The notes: generated by a model from the letters alone, not told the origin. Numbered from the stretch's first letter, positions 27,329-35,463 are shown. The stretch is DNA of 64,000 nucleotides from Flavobacterium sp. UBA5153 (GCF_002413745.1 NZ_DHXP01000073.1); one strand, 5' to 3'. Numbers and translations: made by a program.

Positions 27329-29494
27329 TTACTTTTTAACCGCTTCAACTAATTCCAAAACATCCAAACTCACTTTTGAAGTGAATATTCCGTAATTTAC
27401 GGTTGCCTTATTTTTCTCAATGTTATCAATACTTCCCACGGCTTTTCCGTCAATCATTCGTACTCGATCTCCCACTTTCAAAATAGCTTTTGGTTTTTCG
27501 ATAACGGGTTTGAGTTTCTTTTCCTTTTTGGCAACCCTAATTTCTTCAACCTTAACCTCAATCTCTTTAATAACTTCCTTTTTCTTTTCGACAATTGCCT
27601 TAATTTCTTTGGGAGTTGCTTTTTTGCGTTTTGAATTTTCGATTTCGATAATCTTCAAAAACTCGCCAATAAGATCTTTCTTGTTTTTATTATTGAAATA
27701 TTTCTCGGCAATATCTTCAATTTTTTGTCCAATGTAAATCGTTTTCTGGTTACTGTCATACAATTCTTGGTAGCTTTCCAGTTTTTGCTTGATTTTCACG
27801 TTGATAGTTTCCATTTTTTTGCCTTCCTCACGCGCTTTTGTTTCTTCTTCTTTCAGCGTTTGCGATGTTTTTTCCATCTTCGAACGCTCTTTTTGCAAGG
27901 TGGCGATGGTTTTGTCAAAACGCACTTTTCCCACTTCAATTTTCTTTTTCGCCCGATTGATTAAACTAAACGGAATTCCATTTTTCAGTGCCACTTCAAA
28001 TGTGAAAGAACTTCCTGCTTGGCCTAAAACCAATTTATACATTGGTTCCAAGGTTTTTTCGTCAAACAACATATTAGCATTTATGGCAAAAGGCAATTCG
28101 TTGGCAAGAATTTTCAGGTTCGAATAATGGGTCGTAATTATGCCGAAAGCTTCCCGATGATAGAACTCTTCCAAGAAAATTTCTGCCAAAGCACCACCCA
28201 ATTCCGGATCAGAACCGGTACCAAATTCATCAATCAGGAACATCGTTTTCTTGTTGCATTTCTTCAAGAAGTAGTTCATATTCTTGAGTCGGTAACTGTA
28301 GGTACTCAGATGGTTTTCAATAGATTGGTTATCTCCAATATCCGTTAATATTCTATCAAACAAAAAGGTTTCGCTGCGTTCGTGAACGGGAATTAACATT
28401 CCGGATTGCAGCATTAATTGGAGCAATCCCACAGTTTTTAGTGAGATTGTTTTTCCTCCTGCATTGGGTCCTGAAATCACGATGATTCTTTTTTCCTGAT
28501 TTAACTCAATAGTTTGAGGATGCGTAACCTCGTTCTTCTGTTTGTTATTCAAATACAAAATGGGGTGGAAGGCATCCCGAAAATACAACCTTCTATTTTC
28601 AGTAATTGCCGGTAAAATCCCGTTGATTCTGTTGGCGTATTTGGCTTTGGCTGCAATCACGTCAATATCGCTCAAGAATTCCTGATATTGAATAAGCAAC
28701 GGTAAAAAAGGACGAATCTGGTTGGATAATTGTTTCAGAATTCGGGTGATTTCTTCTTTTTCCTCATATTCTAAATTACTCAATTCACGCGAATATTTCA
28801 AGGTAGTTTCGGGTTCAATATAAGCGATACTTCCCGTTTTGGAACTGCCCAAAATAGAACCTTTGACTTTGCGACGATACATAGCCGAAACCGCCAAAAC
28901 TCTACGATTTTGAACAAAACTTTCTTTAATGTCGTCTAAATAGCCAAGTGCATTATATTGCGTTAATGCCACTCCAAAACTCTGGTTGACTTTGCCACGA
29001 ACGAGATTCATTTCTCGACGAATATTTGATAATTCGGGAGAAGCATTGTCTTTTATTTCCCCATATTTATCGACCACAACATCTACAAGGCTGCTTATTT
29101 CCTTGGTTAATTGCACTTCGGAAGCTTTTACATTTAGATTGGGATAATAATCATCGAATTTTTTGAAATAATTCAGCAGGAAATTCGTGGTTTCTGATAT
29201 GGTGGCAATTTTTCTAAAACTTCCCACTTCAAGAAAACTGTCTTCTATAGCCAAGAACTTGATTTCGTAGGTAATGGCATCAAATCCGTGATTGGGAATA
29301 GCATTATTATTTTGGAAAGAGGAAACATATTCGGTGGTTTGCATCAAAGCCTTCATCAAGGTTTCTTTCTCGTTGAAAGGCGTGATTTCCAAGGCTTTTT
29401 GCTTACCAATATCGGTATTGCAAATTGCCGAAATGGTTTCGAGAACGGTTGGAAATTGTAAATCTTGAAGTGTTTTTTCTGTAATGGAGATCAT
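27329..29494 (-). CDS. mutS2: MutS2 family protein (no obvious Smr domain; KOW-like C-terminus)
   Basis: GPNAGGKT Walker A, DEFGTGSDP, a long Lys/Glu-rich linker, and C-terminal VGDRVRM...GKAVG. Confidence 0.85.
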   Translation of the reverse strand: MISITEKTLQDLQFPTVLETISAICNTDIGKQKALEITPFNEKETLMKALMQTTEYVSSFQNNNAIPNHGFDAITYEIKFLAIEDSFLEVGSFRKIATISETTNFLLNYFKKFDDYYPNLNVKASEVQLTKEISSLVDVVVDKYGEIKDNASPELSNIRREMNLVRGKVNQSFGVALTQYNALGYLDDIKESFVQNRRVLAVSAMYRRKVKGSILGSSKTGSIAYIEPETTLKYSRELSNLEYEEKEEITRILKQLSNQIRPFLPLLIQYQEFLSDIDVIAAKAKYANRINGILPAITENRRLYFRDAFHPILYLNNKQKNEVTHPQTIELNQEKRIIVISGPNAGGKTISLKTVGLLQLMLQSGMLIPVHERSETFLFDRILTDIGDNQSIENHLSTYSYRLKNMNYFLKKCNKKTMFLIDEFGTGSDPELGGALAEIFLEEFYHREAFGIITTHYSNLKILANELPFAINANMLFDEKTLEPMYKLVLGQAGSSFTFEVALKNGIPFSLINRAKKKIEVGKVRFDKTIATLQKERSKMEKTSQTLKEEETKAREEGKKMETINVKIKQKLESYQELYDSNQKTIYIGQKIEDIAEKYFNNKNKKDLIGEFLKIIEIENSKRKKATPKEIKAIVEKKKEVIKEIEVKVEEIRVAKKEKKLKPVIEKPKAILKVGDRVRMIDGKAVGSIDNIEKNKATVNYGIFTSKVSLDVLELVEAVKK

Positions 29495-29576
29495 TTAAAT
29501 AGGTAGAAATTTTATACAAAGTTACAAACTTGTTAAGTTGTATTAATCTAAAACAATTAATTTTTATATTTGTTAA

Positions 29577-29867
29577 ATGAAAAAGGATGAAATAATCGAT
29601 ACTTTACAAACGGAAAAGCAATTCCTTAAAGATAATTACGGTGTTATTACCATTGCTTTGTTTGGTTCTTATGCAAAAGGAATGGAAAATCCGGATAGCG
29701 ATGTTGATTTCATTGTCGAATTCAAAGAGCCATCTTATAGCTTGTTGATGGGTTTGTATTCCTATTTAGAAAATAAATTAAATTCCAAAATTGAAATTGT
29801 TAGAAAAGGACCTCATTTATCGGAGCGATTTCTTAATAACATCAAAAACGACTTGATTTATGTATGA
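29577..29867 (+). CDS. mntA: MNT-type nucleotidyltransferase antitoxin
   Basis: LFGSYAKG...DSDVDF minimal nucleotidyltransferase motifs. Overlaps the next gene by 8 bp. Confidence 0.8.
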   Translation: MKKDEIIDTLQTEKQFLKDNYGVITIALFGSYAKGMENPDSDVDFIVEFKEPSYSLLMGLYSYLENKLNSKIEIVRKGPHLSERFLNNIKNDLIYV

Positions 29868-30222
29868 TGCTGTTTATAAATATTCGCTGGAAACTATTTT
29901 AGATCATATCAACATTTGTAATAAAAGATTTTCTGAAATTCATAATCCTATTGATTTTACTTCAACCGATTATGGGAAAACGCTACTCGACTCCATTGTT
30001 ACTAGGCTTCAAGCCATCGGTGAAAACTTAAAAAACACTTCAAGAAAAAACAATTTATTGCAGACCAATTATCCGGAAATTGAGTGGAACAAAATCATTC
30101 GATTTCGGGATTTTATTTCTCATCATTATGAAATGTTGGATTATGAGATTGTTTTTGAAATATGTGAGGATTATTTACCAAAATTAGAATTGGTCATAAA
30201 AGAAGAATTAGCTAAATTTTAA
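29860..30222 (+). CDS. hepT: HEPN (DUF86) toxin
   Basis: RFRDFISHHY contains the Rx4-6H HEPN motif. 120 aa. Confidence 0.8.
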   Translation: MYDAVYKYSLETILDHINICNKRFSEIHNPIDFTSTDYGKTLLDSIVTRLQAIGENLKNTSRKNNLLQTNYPEIEWNKIIRFRDFISHHYEMLDYEIVFEICEDYLPKLELVIKEELAKF

Positions 30223-30227
30223 TAAGG

Positions 30228-30252
30228 ATGCAACCCAAACTCAATCCTTCTT
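30228..30252 (+). repeat. 25-bp perfect copy of the ung start (ATGCAACCCAAACTCAATCCTTCTT)
   Basis: Identical to 34783-34807. Homology ends after CCTTCTT. Confidence 0.9.
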
Positions 30253-30506
30253 TTAGCCGATATGCGCTGTTTTTTACCCAATACGCAACGTATTTTCAGT
30301 CTTTCAGCACCCTAAAATTAAAAGTCCTTTCGCTGATTCGTAATAATTTATCTATATATTTGATAAAAAATAATGTATGTAGGATTATCATACAAAGCCG
30401 CCCAAATAAGGGAGGATTGGAATGATTTTATCAGATTAATCTACGAGTTACCTGATATTTTCGAGCAACAGAAACAGAAACAAAAACTAAAACAAAAATT
30501 AAAATT

Positions 30507-31046
30507 ATGAAAAACAAATTATTACTTACAATTGCAATTCTTTTATGCGCAATTTCTTATTCTCAAGATTTTCCTAAACTAAAATTAACACCAAATGGTG
30601 TTGAACCAATAATTGTAAATACAGATAGTTTAAAAGCAACAGATTTATATGAAAAAGCATTGAATTGGGTACAAGAAACTTATAAAAACCCTGAAAAAGT
30701 TCTTAAAGCAAAAATAGAAAACGAAAAAATTAGAATAGATGCTTTTGCTGAAAATGCTTGGTGGTATAAATCACTTGGAATGAAACAGAATTATAATATG
30801 GCATATTCTGTAGAAATTTCATTCAAAGATGGTAAATACAAGTTTGAGTATATAATTGGACAATTTTTTATTGAAGGCGGACAAAAAGTATTGTATGATT
30901 ACAAAACATTTTATAAAAAAACAGGAGAAGTAAGGAGTGCTTATACTGACGCTGTTCCGAGTTTAGAAGAAACAATGAATAATTTATCATTGAATTTTTA
31001 TAATTATTTGACTGGAAAAACAACAAAAAAAGATGATAAATGGTAA
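30507..31046 (+). CDS. Hypothetical lipoprotein (possibly DUF4468-like)
   Basis: Signal peptide MKNKLLLTIAILLCAISYSQ. 179 aa. The family name is from memory only. Confidence 0.6.
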   Translation: MKNKLLLTIAILLCAISYSQDFPKLKLTPNGVEPIIVNTDSLKATDLYEKALNWVQETYKNPEKVLKAKIENEKIRIDAFAENAWWYKSLGMKQNYNMAYSVEISFKDGKYKFEYIIGQFFIEGGQKVLYDYKTFYKKTGEVRSAYTDAVPSLEETMNNLSLNFYNYLTGKTTKKDDKW

Positions 31047-31055
31047 AATAGTCAA

Positions 31056-31697
31056 ATGAAAAATTTAGAAATTTATAAAGAATTTTATTTTAGAGAAATC
31101 GACCGTAAAAATGAATTAAACAACATCATAAATATACCGATTTTAATTATTACAGGGATTATTTCAGTTCAGTTTTATTTTTACAGCCAACAAATTGAAA
31201 ATTCTTTAAAAATATATTTGGAAGTTTTATCTATAATTTGTGCGTTAAGTATTCTTTATTCAATATTTTATCTTTTGAAATCATTTGGTAATTTTTTCAA
31301 AAATCATAGTTATAAAGAATTGAATGAAATGAACTCAATTTATAAGTATGAAAGGGAATTAATAAAGGAACAAACAAAAATTGCGGACGCTGAAAGTTTC
31401 TTTTTAGAATACTTAAACGAACAGTTTTCTGATTGTGCAAGTCATAATTTTTTAATCAACAAAACAAGAACTGAAGACATAGCAAAATCAAAAAAAGGAA
31501 TTTTTATAAGTATAATTTGCACAATTTTATTTTCAATAATATTTTTAATTTCAATTATTACTATGGCAAAAAAAACTGAAAATACCAAACCAATAGTTAA
31601 ACCAGTTACAACTATTCAACAACCACAAAGTGTTTTAATAAAAAATAGTAAACAGACAAAAGAAACACCTAAAACAAACATAAAGAGAAGTAATTAA
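31056..31697 (+). CDS. Hypothetical membrane protein (3 predicted TM helices)
   Basis: 213 aa, starting 9 bp after the previous stop. Hydrophobic helices at about residues 25-45, 55-75 and 150-170. Confidence 0.55.
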   Translation: MKNLEIYKEFYFREIDRKNELNNIINIPILIITGIISVQFYFYSQQIENSLKIYLEVLSIICALSILYSIFYLLKSFGNFFKNHSYKELNEMNSIYKYERELIKEQTKIADAESFFLEYLNEQFSDCASHNFLINKTRTEDIAKSKKGIFISIICTILFSIIFLISIITMAKKTENTKPIVKPVTTIQQPQSVLIKNSKQTKETPKTNIKRSN

Positions 31698-31754
31698 AAA
31701 CATCAGGTAATCGAGTAGACGGCTCCGCCAGAAACTGACGGAGTGCGCCTCTCA

Positions 31755-31790
31755 CACCACCGAACGTACGGGTCACGTATTCGGCGGTTC
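31755..31790 (-). ncRNA. Group II intron domain V
   Basis: About 34-nt hairpin ACCGCCGAA/UUCGGUGGU with upper stem UACG/CGUA. The CGC triad is typical of IIC introns. Confidence 0.75.
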
Positions 31791-33068
31791 GCAAAGTGAT
31801 GGGTTGAGTTCGATGTAAACATCGGTTAATGATTGATAGCCTCGCTGTTTCAAGCGTTTCAAAGTAATGGTGGTATTCAAAATTGGACTCTGTGCAATTG
31901 CCCAACCGCCTTTCCTCGTCCTGCTCCAAGCATAGGCGTGGTCTTGGTCAACGCCTAATCGAATCAGGTTTTTCCTTTTTCGTTCGGGTTTCTTCCAGTC
32001 GTGCCAAATGCAATAGCGCAGGCGATTTCGTAGCCAGCCGTCTAAATCACGTAATTTGCCCATAATGCTCGTTCCCCGAAAATAGTTTAACCATCCTCGT
32101 TGCACTTCTTTTATCTTGGCAATCCGTTCTTCTAGCTTGACTGGTGCGGTTTTTCGGCTGATGCTTTTGAGCCGTTCTTTGAGTTTCTTCCACGCCTTTT
32201 CTGCCACTACCAACTGGTATTGGTTTTTGCTCCCTTTTTGATACGTTGGCACAAACCCAAATCCCAACAAAGTGAAGTTTACAGGACGTCTAATCCCGCT
32301 TTTCTCGGTGTTGATGGTGAGTTGGAGCTTCGTTTTCAAGAATTTTGCAATTACCTGTGCTGTGGCTTTCGCCTGATTTTGGCTTTTGCAGTAGATGCTA
32401 AAATCATCGGCATAGCGAACGAATTTCAGTTTCCGCCTTGTCATTTCTTTGTCCAACTCATTGAGTAGAATATTAGACAATAACGGACTCAATGGGCTTC
32501 CTTGCGGAACGCCTTTTGTTCGTTTTTGTAATTTTCCGTTGATTCGTATCGGCACTCGCAACCAGTTTCGTATCAAGCGCATTGTGGTTTGGCATTTCAC
32601 TTTTCGATAGACTAAATTCAGCAATAAACAATGATCTACTTCGTCAAAGAAGTTCTTGAGGTCGATGTCCACGATGTGGTTCAGTCCCTGATGGATGTAT
32701 TCCCTCGATTGCCCAACGGCTTGTCGGGCGTTTTTGTTGGGTCTAAATCCAAAACTATTGCTACTGAATTCGGGTTCAAATAGTGGTGCAATTACTTGTG
32801 ATACGGCTTGTTGCAACACTCGGTCGGTGGTGGTGGGAACGCCCAAAAGTCGGGTTTTGCCGTTGCCTTTGGGAATCTCTACGCCTAAAATGGCTTGTGG
32901 CAAGTAGTTGCCTTGTCTGATGGCTTCGAGCAATTGTGCTTTCTTTTGGGGGAATAACATCTTGAGTTGAGTGGTTTTTATACCATCGACTCCTGCGCTT
33001 CCTTTGTTGGAAATCACTTGCTCTACTGCTTTTTGCAGATTGTAAGGATGTACTACTCTCTCAATCAT
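31773..33068 (-). CDS. Group II intron reverse transcriptase/maturase (no endonuclease domain)
   Basis: RT motifs including VRYADDF (YADD). Maturase X region. 431 aa. Confidence 0.9.
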   Translation of the reverse strand: MIERVVHPYNLQKAVEQVISNKGSAGVDGIKTTQLKMLFPQKKAQLLEAIRQGNYLPQAILGVEIPKGNGKTRLLGVPTTTDRVLQQAVSQVIAPLFEPEFSSNSFGFRPNKNARQAVGQSREYIHQGLNHIVDIDLKNFFDEVDHCLLLNLVYRKVKCQTTMRLIRNWLRVPIRINGKLQKRTKGVPQGSPLSPLLSNILLNELDKEMTRRKLKFVRYADDFSIYCKSQNQAKATAQVIAKFLKTKLQLTINTEKSGIRRPVNFTLLGFGFVPTYQKGSKNQYQLVVAEKAWKKLKERLKSISRKTAPVKLEERIAKIKEVQRGWLNYFRGTSIMGKLRDLDGWLRNRLRYCIWHDWKKPERKRKNLIRLGVDQDHAYAWSRTRKGGWAIAQSPILNTTITLKRLKQRGYQSLTDVYIELNPSLCEPPNT

Positions 33069-33613
33069 TTTGTTGTTTTAATCGGTTAACCTGTTCTTGT
33101 TTTTCAGAGCTATAACTTGCGCCATTCCGTTGAAAATTAAGAACCATTTTGCGTTCGGTCCTTCCTTGTTTGTGAGTCCTATGCGGTATCTATTCGCAAC
33201 TCGTTGCCCCAAGTACTATGACTTCTGCTGACTTCTTTGCCTAACCAACTCGTGGTTGCAAAGACCTCCCCTGGTAAGAACTTTTTCCTTCATCCAATCA
33301 CTGGAGCATCTACATCTAAAAGGTTTGGTAATCTTCGGACGTTACGTTGCTGTGGACGCTTATCCCCTTTTAAATGCCTCGTATGCACTTTCTGTTCGTC
33401 AGTACCGGATTTTGTCGTTTCGCTTCCTTCAGTTCTGGCTTCACAGCCAACAACCTTGCGACGTACTAGTGGTTCGGGTTTTCAATCCGCCCACAAGGGA
33501 CTTGCACCCTCTGGAAAAATAACACGCTGTAAGATTTGTTTTCTAATCCAAAATTTGTAATTTCGGATTTTTATCAAAGCCTACAGCGTGTGTCCTGCTC
33601 ATGCAGGGCACAC

Positions 33614-33734
33614 ACAGCCGTTTTGAGCTAGTGTGTGATTTAGTGGAATTAGCGTTTCGCATTATGTTTTCTGCAAAGCCGAAAATTGAAAGGTTACGAA
33701 ATCCCCACCATCTCAAAGCAGCGGAACGTTAGGC
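33614..33734 (+). repeat. attC-like junction element 1 (right part; the left 10-14 nt are at 31701-31714, split by the intron)
   Basis: Read across the intron: AGGTAAT (R''-like), 6-nt spacer, GCCGTTTTGAG (33617-33627) pairing with CTCAAAGCAGC (33712-33722), 5-nt spacer, GTTAGGC (33728-33734, matching GTTRRRY). About 131 nt without the intron. Confidence 0.45.
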
Positions 33735-33777
33735 ACAATGTTGCCAAAAAAAAACAATTAACTTAAAATAAAAATAA

Positions 33778-34275
33778 ATGGGATTTTTCACATCAAAACC
33801 GAAAAAAAAAGCACTTCAAATTTTAGAAATTGAAATAACAGATAGTCTTTTATCAAAATTAGTTGAAACGCAAAAACTGAATGGTTTTACAGACTATTCA
33901 ATTGAAATTTCAGAAAAATTTAAACTATTTGATATTGCAATTTTCAGAAGTTTTGAAAACACAAAAGAACTTACAAACGAAACTTCATTCAATTTAATTC
34001 TCGAAAACAAAAATCAATCAATAACTATAAATAAAGTTAAAGAATTAGTGAATTCTTTTTCAGCTGAATATGGAAATGACAGAAATGGAAAATCAAAATG
34101 GACGAATGAAGATGATAAAGCAATCTCAACTTATTGGGAAGGGCGTGAATGGATTTTAGATAGTAAAAGAAAATCTCAAAAGGTTTTTGAAAAAGATTGC
34201 TGTCAAATTAATTTTCATTTTAACCTAGATGACGGAGTAGATTTTTCAATTTTAGGAGCAAATAGTCAAATTTAA
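33778..34275 (+). CDS. Hypothetical cytoplasmic protein (cassette-like ORF)
   Basis: 165-aa ORF flanked by the inverted 15-mers GTTAGGCACAATGTT (33728-33742) and AACACTGTGCCTAAC (34295-34309). Confidence 0.55.
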   Translation: MGFFTSKPKKKALQILEIEITDSLLSKLVETQKLNGFTDYSIEISEKFKLFDIAIFRSFENTKELTNETSFNLILENKNQSITINKVKELVNSFSAEYGNDRNGKSKWTNEDDKAISTYWEGREWILDSKRKSQKVFEKDCCQINFHFNLDDGVDFSILGANSQI

Positions 34276-34302
34276 AAAAATTAACATCGAAAGAAACACT
34301 GT

Positions 34303-34360
34303 GCCTAACAGCTAGAGTTTCGTTGCGTGCGCAGTACGAACAATGAAACTCGTGTTGAAC
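34303..34360 (+). repeat. attC-like junction element 2 (58 bp)
   Basis: GCCTAAC (matches RYYYAAC), spacer AGCTA, stem GAGTTTCGTTG / CAATGAAACTC, spacer GT, GTTGAAC (matches GTTRRRY). The right spacer is shorter than canonical. Confidence 0.4.
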
Positions 34361-34495
34361 GGAACCAAAGTACCTGCCGTTAACACTATGGAGTTATCAT
34401 AAAGTTTTTAGAGAGAATGCAAATAGTCCAATAGCCGTCAGGATTGTCCGCTTCGCTTAATGCTAAAGTGTAAACATTAACCATTGCATTTTGCG

Positions 34496-34651
34496 AAAAC
34501 TTCACGAACTTTACTGCAAATTAAATTGTATGCAACTCAAACTCAATCCTTCTTGGCAAACTATTTTAGATGACGAAATCCAGAAACCTTATTTCCAGGA
34601 TTTGATGAAGGCTGTCGATGAAGAATACAAAAATCATACTTGTTTTCCCCC
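34496..34651 (+). pseudogene. Truncated, diverged copy of the ung upstream region plus the first ~41 codons
   Basis: Aligns to 34748-34904 with roughly a dozen mismatches by eye (MQLKLNPSWQTILDDEIQKPYFQDLMKAVDEEYKNHTCFPP versus the intact gene). Homology stops after CFPP. Confidence 0.85.
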
Positions 34652-34750
34652 TGCTGGCGCAAGCATTAGGTAACACAGACGCTAGTGCGAGTTTCCAAAC
34701 TCGTACCCTAAATAGTGGGCACAAGCGTGACGCTTGCGACAGCGGAGGAA
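34652..34750 (+). repeat. Junction element 3 (related to elements 1 and 2)
   Basis: CATTAGGTAACACAGACGCTAGTGCGAGTTT parallels CATCAGGTAATCGA|ACAGCC..GCTAGTGTGTGATTT of element 1. Its end, ACAGCGGAG, parallels GCAGCGGAAC of element 1. It has hairpins CGAGTTT/AAACTCG and CAAGCG/CGCTTG. Confidence 0.35.
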
Positions 34751-34782
34751 AACTTTGCGAACTTTACGGCAAATTAAATTAT

Positions 34783-35463
34783 ATGCAACCCAAACTCAAT
34801 CCTTCTTGGCAAACTATTTTATCAGATGAAATCCAGAAACCTTATTTTAAGGACTTGATGAAAGCTGTCGATGAAGAATACAAGAATCACACTTGTTTTC
34901 CTCCAAAGGAATTGATTTTCGCCGCTTTCGATCATTGTTCGTTTGACCATTTGAAAGTGGTCATTATTGGACAAGATCCGTACCACGGGATTCATGAAGC
35001 GAATGGTTTGTGTTTTTCGGTAAACGATGCTGTCAAGATTCCACCTTCGTTGCGCAATATTTTTAGGGAATTGAATGATGATTTGGGAACTGTTTTCCTG
35101 CCTACTTCCGGCAACTTGGAACATTGGGCAAAACAAGGCGTTTTACTTTTGAATGCTTCTCTTTCGGTTCGAATGGACAATCCAAACAGTCATAAACATT
35201 TGAAATGGGCAACTTTTACCGATGCTGTTATCCAGAAAATTTCGGATGAAAAAGAAAATATAGTGTTTTTGCTTTGGGGAAGTTTTGCCAAGAAAAAAGG
35301 TTCCAAAATTGACAGAAATAAACATCTGGTTTTAGAATGCGGACATCCTTCGCCTATGAGCGCCAATCAAGGAAAATGGTTTGGGAACAAACATTTTAGC
35401 CAGACGAATGAGTATTTGAAATCGAAAGGAAAAACCGGAATCGATTGGTCAATTATAAATTAA
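34783..35463 (+). CDS. ung: Uracil-DNA glycosylase
   Basis: GQDPYHG and HPSPMSA motifs. Start at ATG 34783 (MQPKLNPSWQTIL). The upstream extension in the ORF track reads through junction DNA. Confidence 0.9.
   Translation: MQPKLNPSWQTILSDEIQKPYFKDLMKAVDEEYKNHTCFPPKELIFAAFDHCSFDHLKVVIIGQDPYHGIHEANGLCFSVNDAVKIPPSLRNIFRELNDDLGTVFLPTSGNLEHWAKQGVLLLNASLSVRMDNPNSHKHLKWATFTDAVIQKISDEKENIVFLLWGSFAKKKGSKIDRNKHLVLECGHPSPMSANQGKWFGNKHFSQTNEYLKSKGKTGIDWSIIN

Larger units (their letters stand above)
31715..33613 (-). mobile_element. Group II intron, class C (IIC), about 1.9 kb; boundaries +/- a few nt
   Basis: The minus strand starts GUGUGCCCUGCAUGAGCAGG. Domain I-III-like sequence includes GAAGUCAGCAGAAGUCAUAGUAC. 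An RT ORF, domain V (GAACCGCCGAAUACG...CGUACGUUCGGUGGU) and a domain VI-like hairpin ending ...GUCUAC follow. Confidence 0.85.

Noticed and set aside
30228-30425. 65-aa ORF (MQPKLNPSFSRYALFF...)
   Set aside because: Its first 8 codons are just the 25-bp duplicate of the ung start. The remainder reads through low-complexity non-coding DNA. It is a repeat scar, not a gene.
31773-33068. The reverse transcriptase as a retron, DGR or defence-associated RT
   Set aside because: It is flanked by recognisable group II intron 5' end, domain V and domain VI sequence and has a maturase region. No msr/msd-like or template/variable repeat structure is present.
33237-33560. 107-aa and 88-aa plus-strand ORFs, and the 86-aa ORF at 31669-31929
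   Set aside because: They lie antisense to, or overlap, the structured RNA domains (I-III, V-VI) of the group II intron. No protein signature is present.
34491-34782. 60-aa ORF at 34491-34673 and the N-terminal extension of the 34618-35463 ORF
   Set aside because: The first is the truncated ung 5' pseudocopy. The second reads through junction element 3. The true ung start is the ATG at 34783 (MQPKLNPSWQ), which matches the usual family N-terminus.
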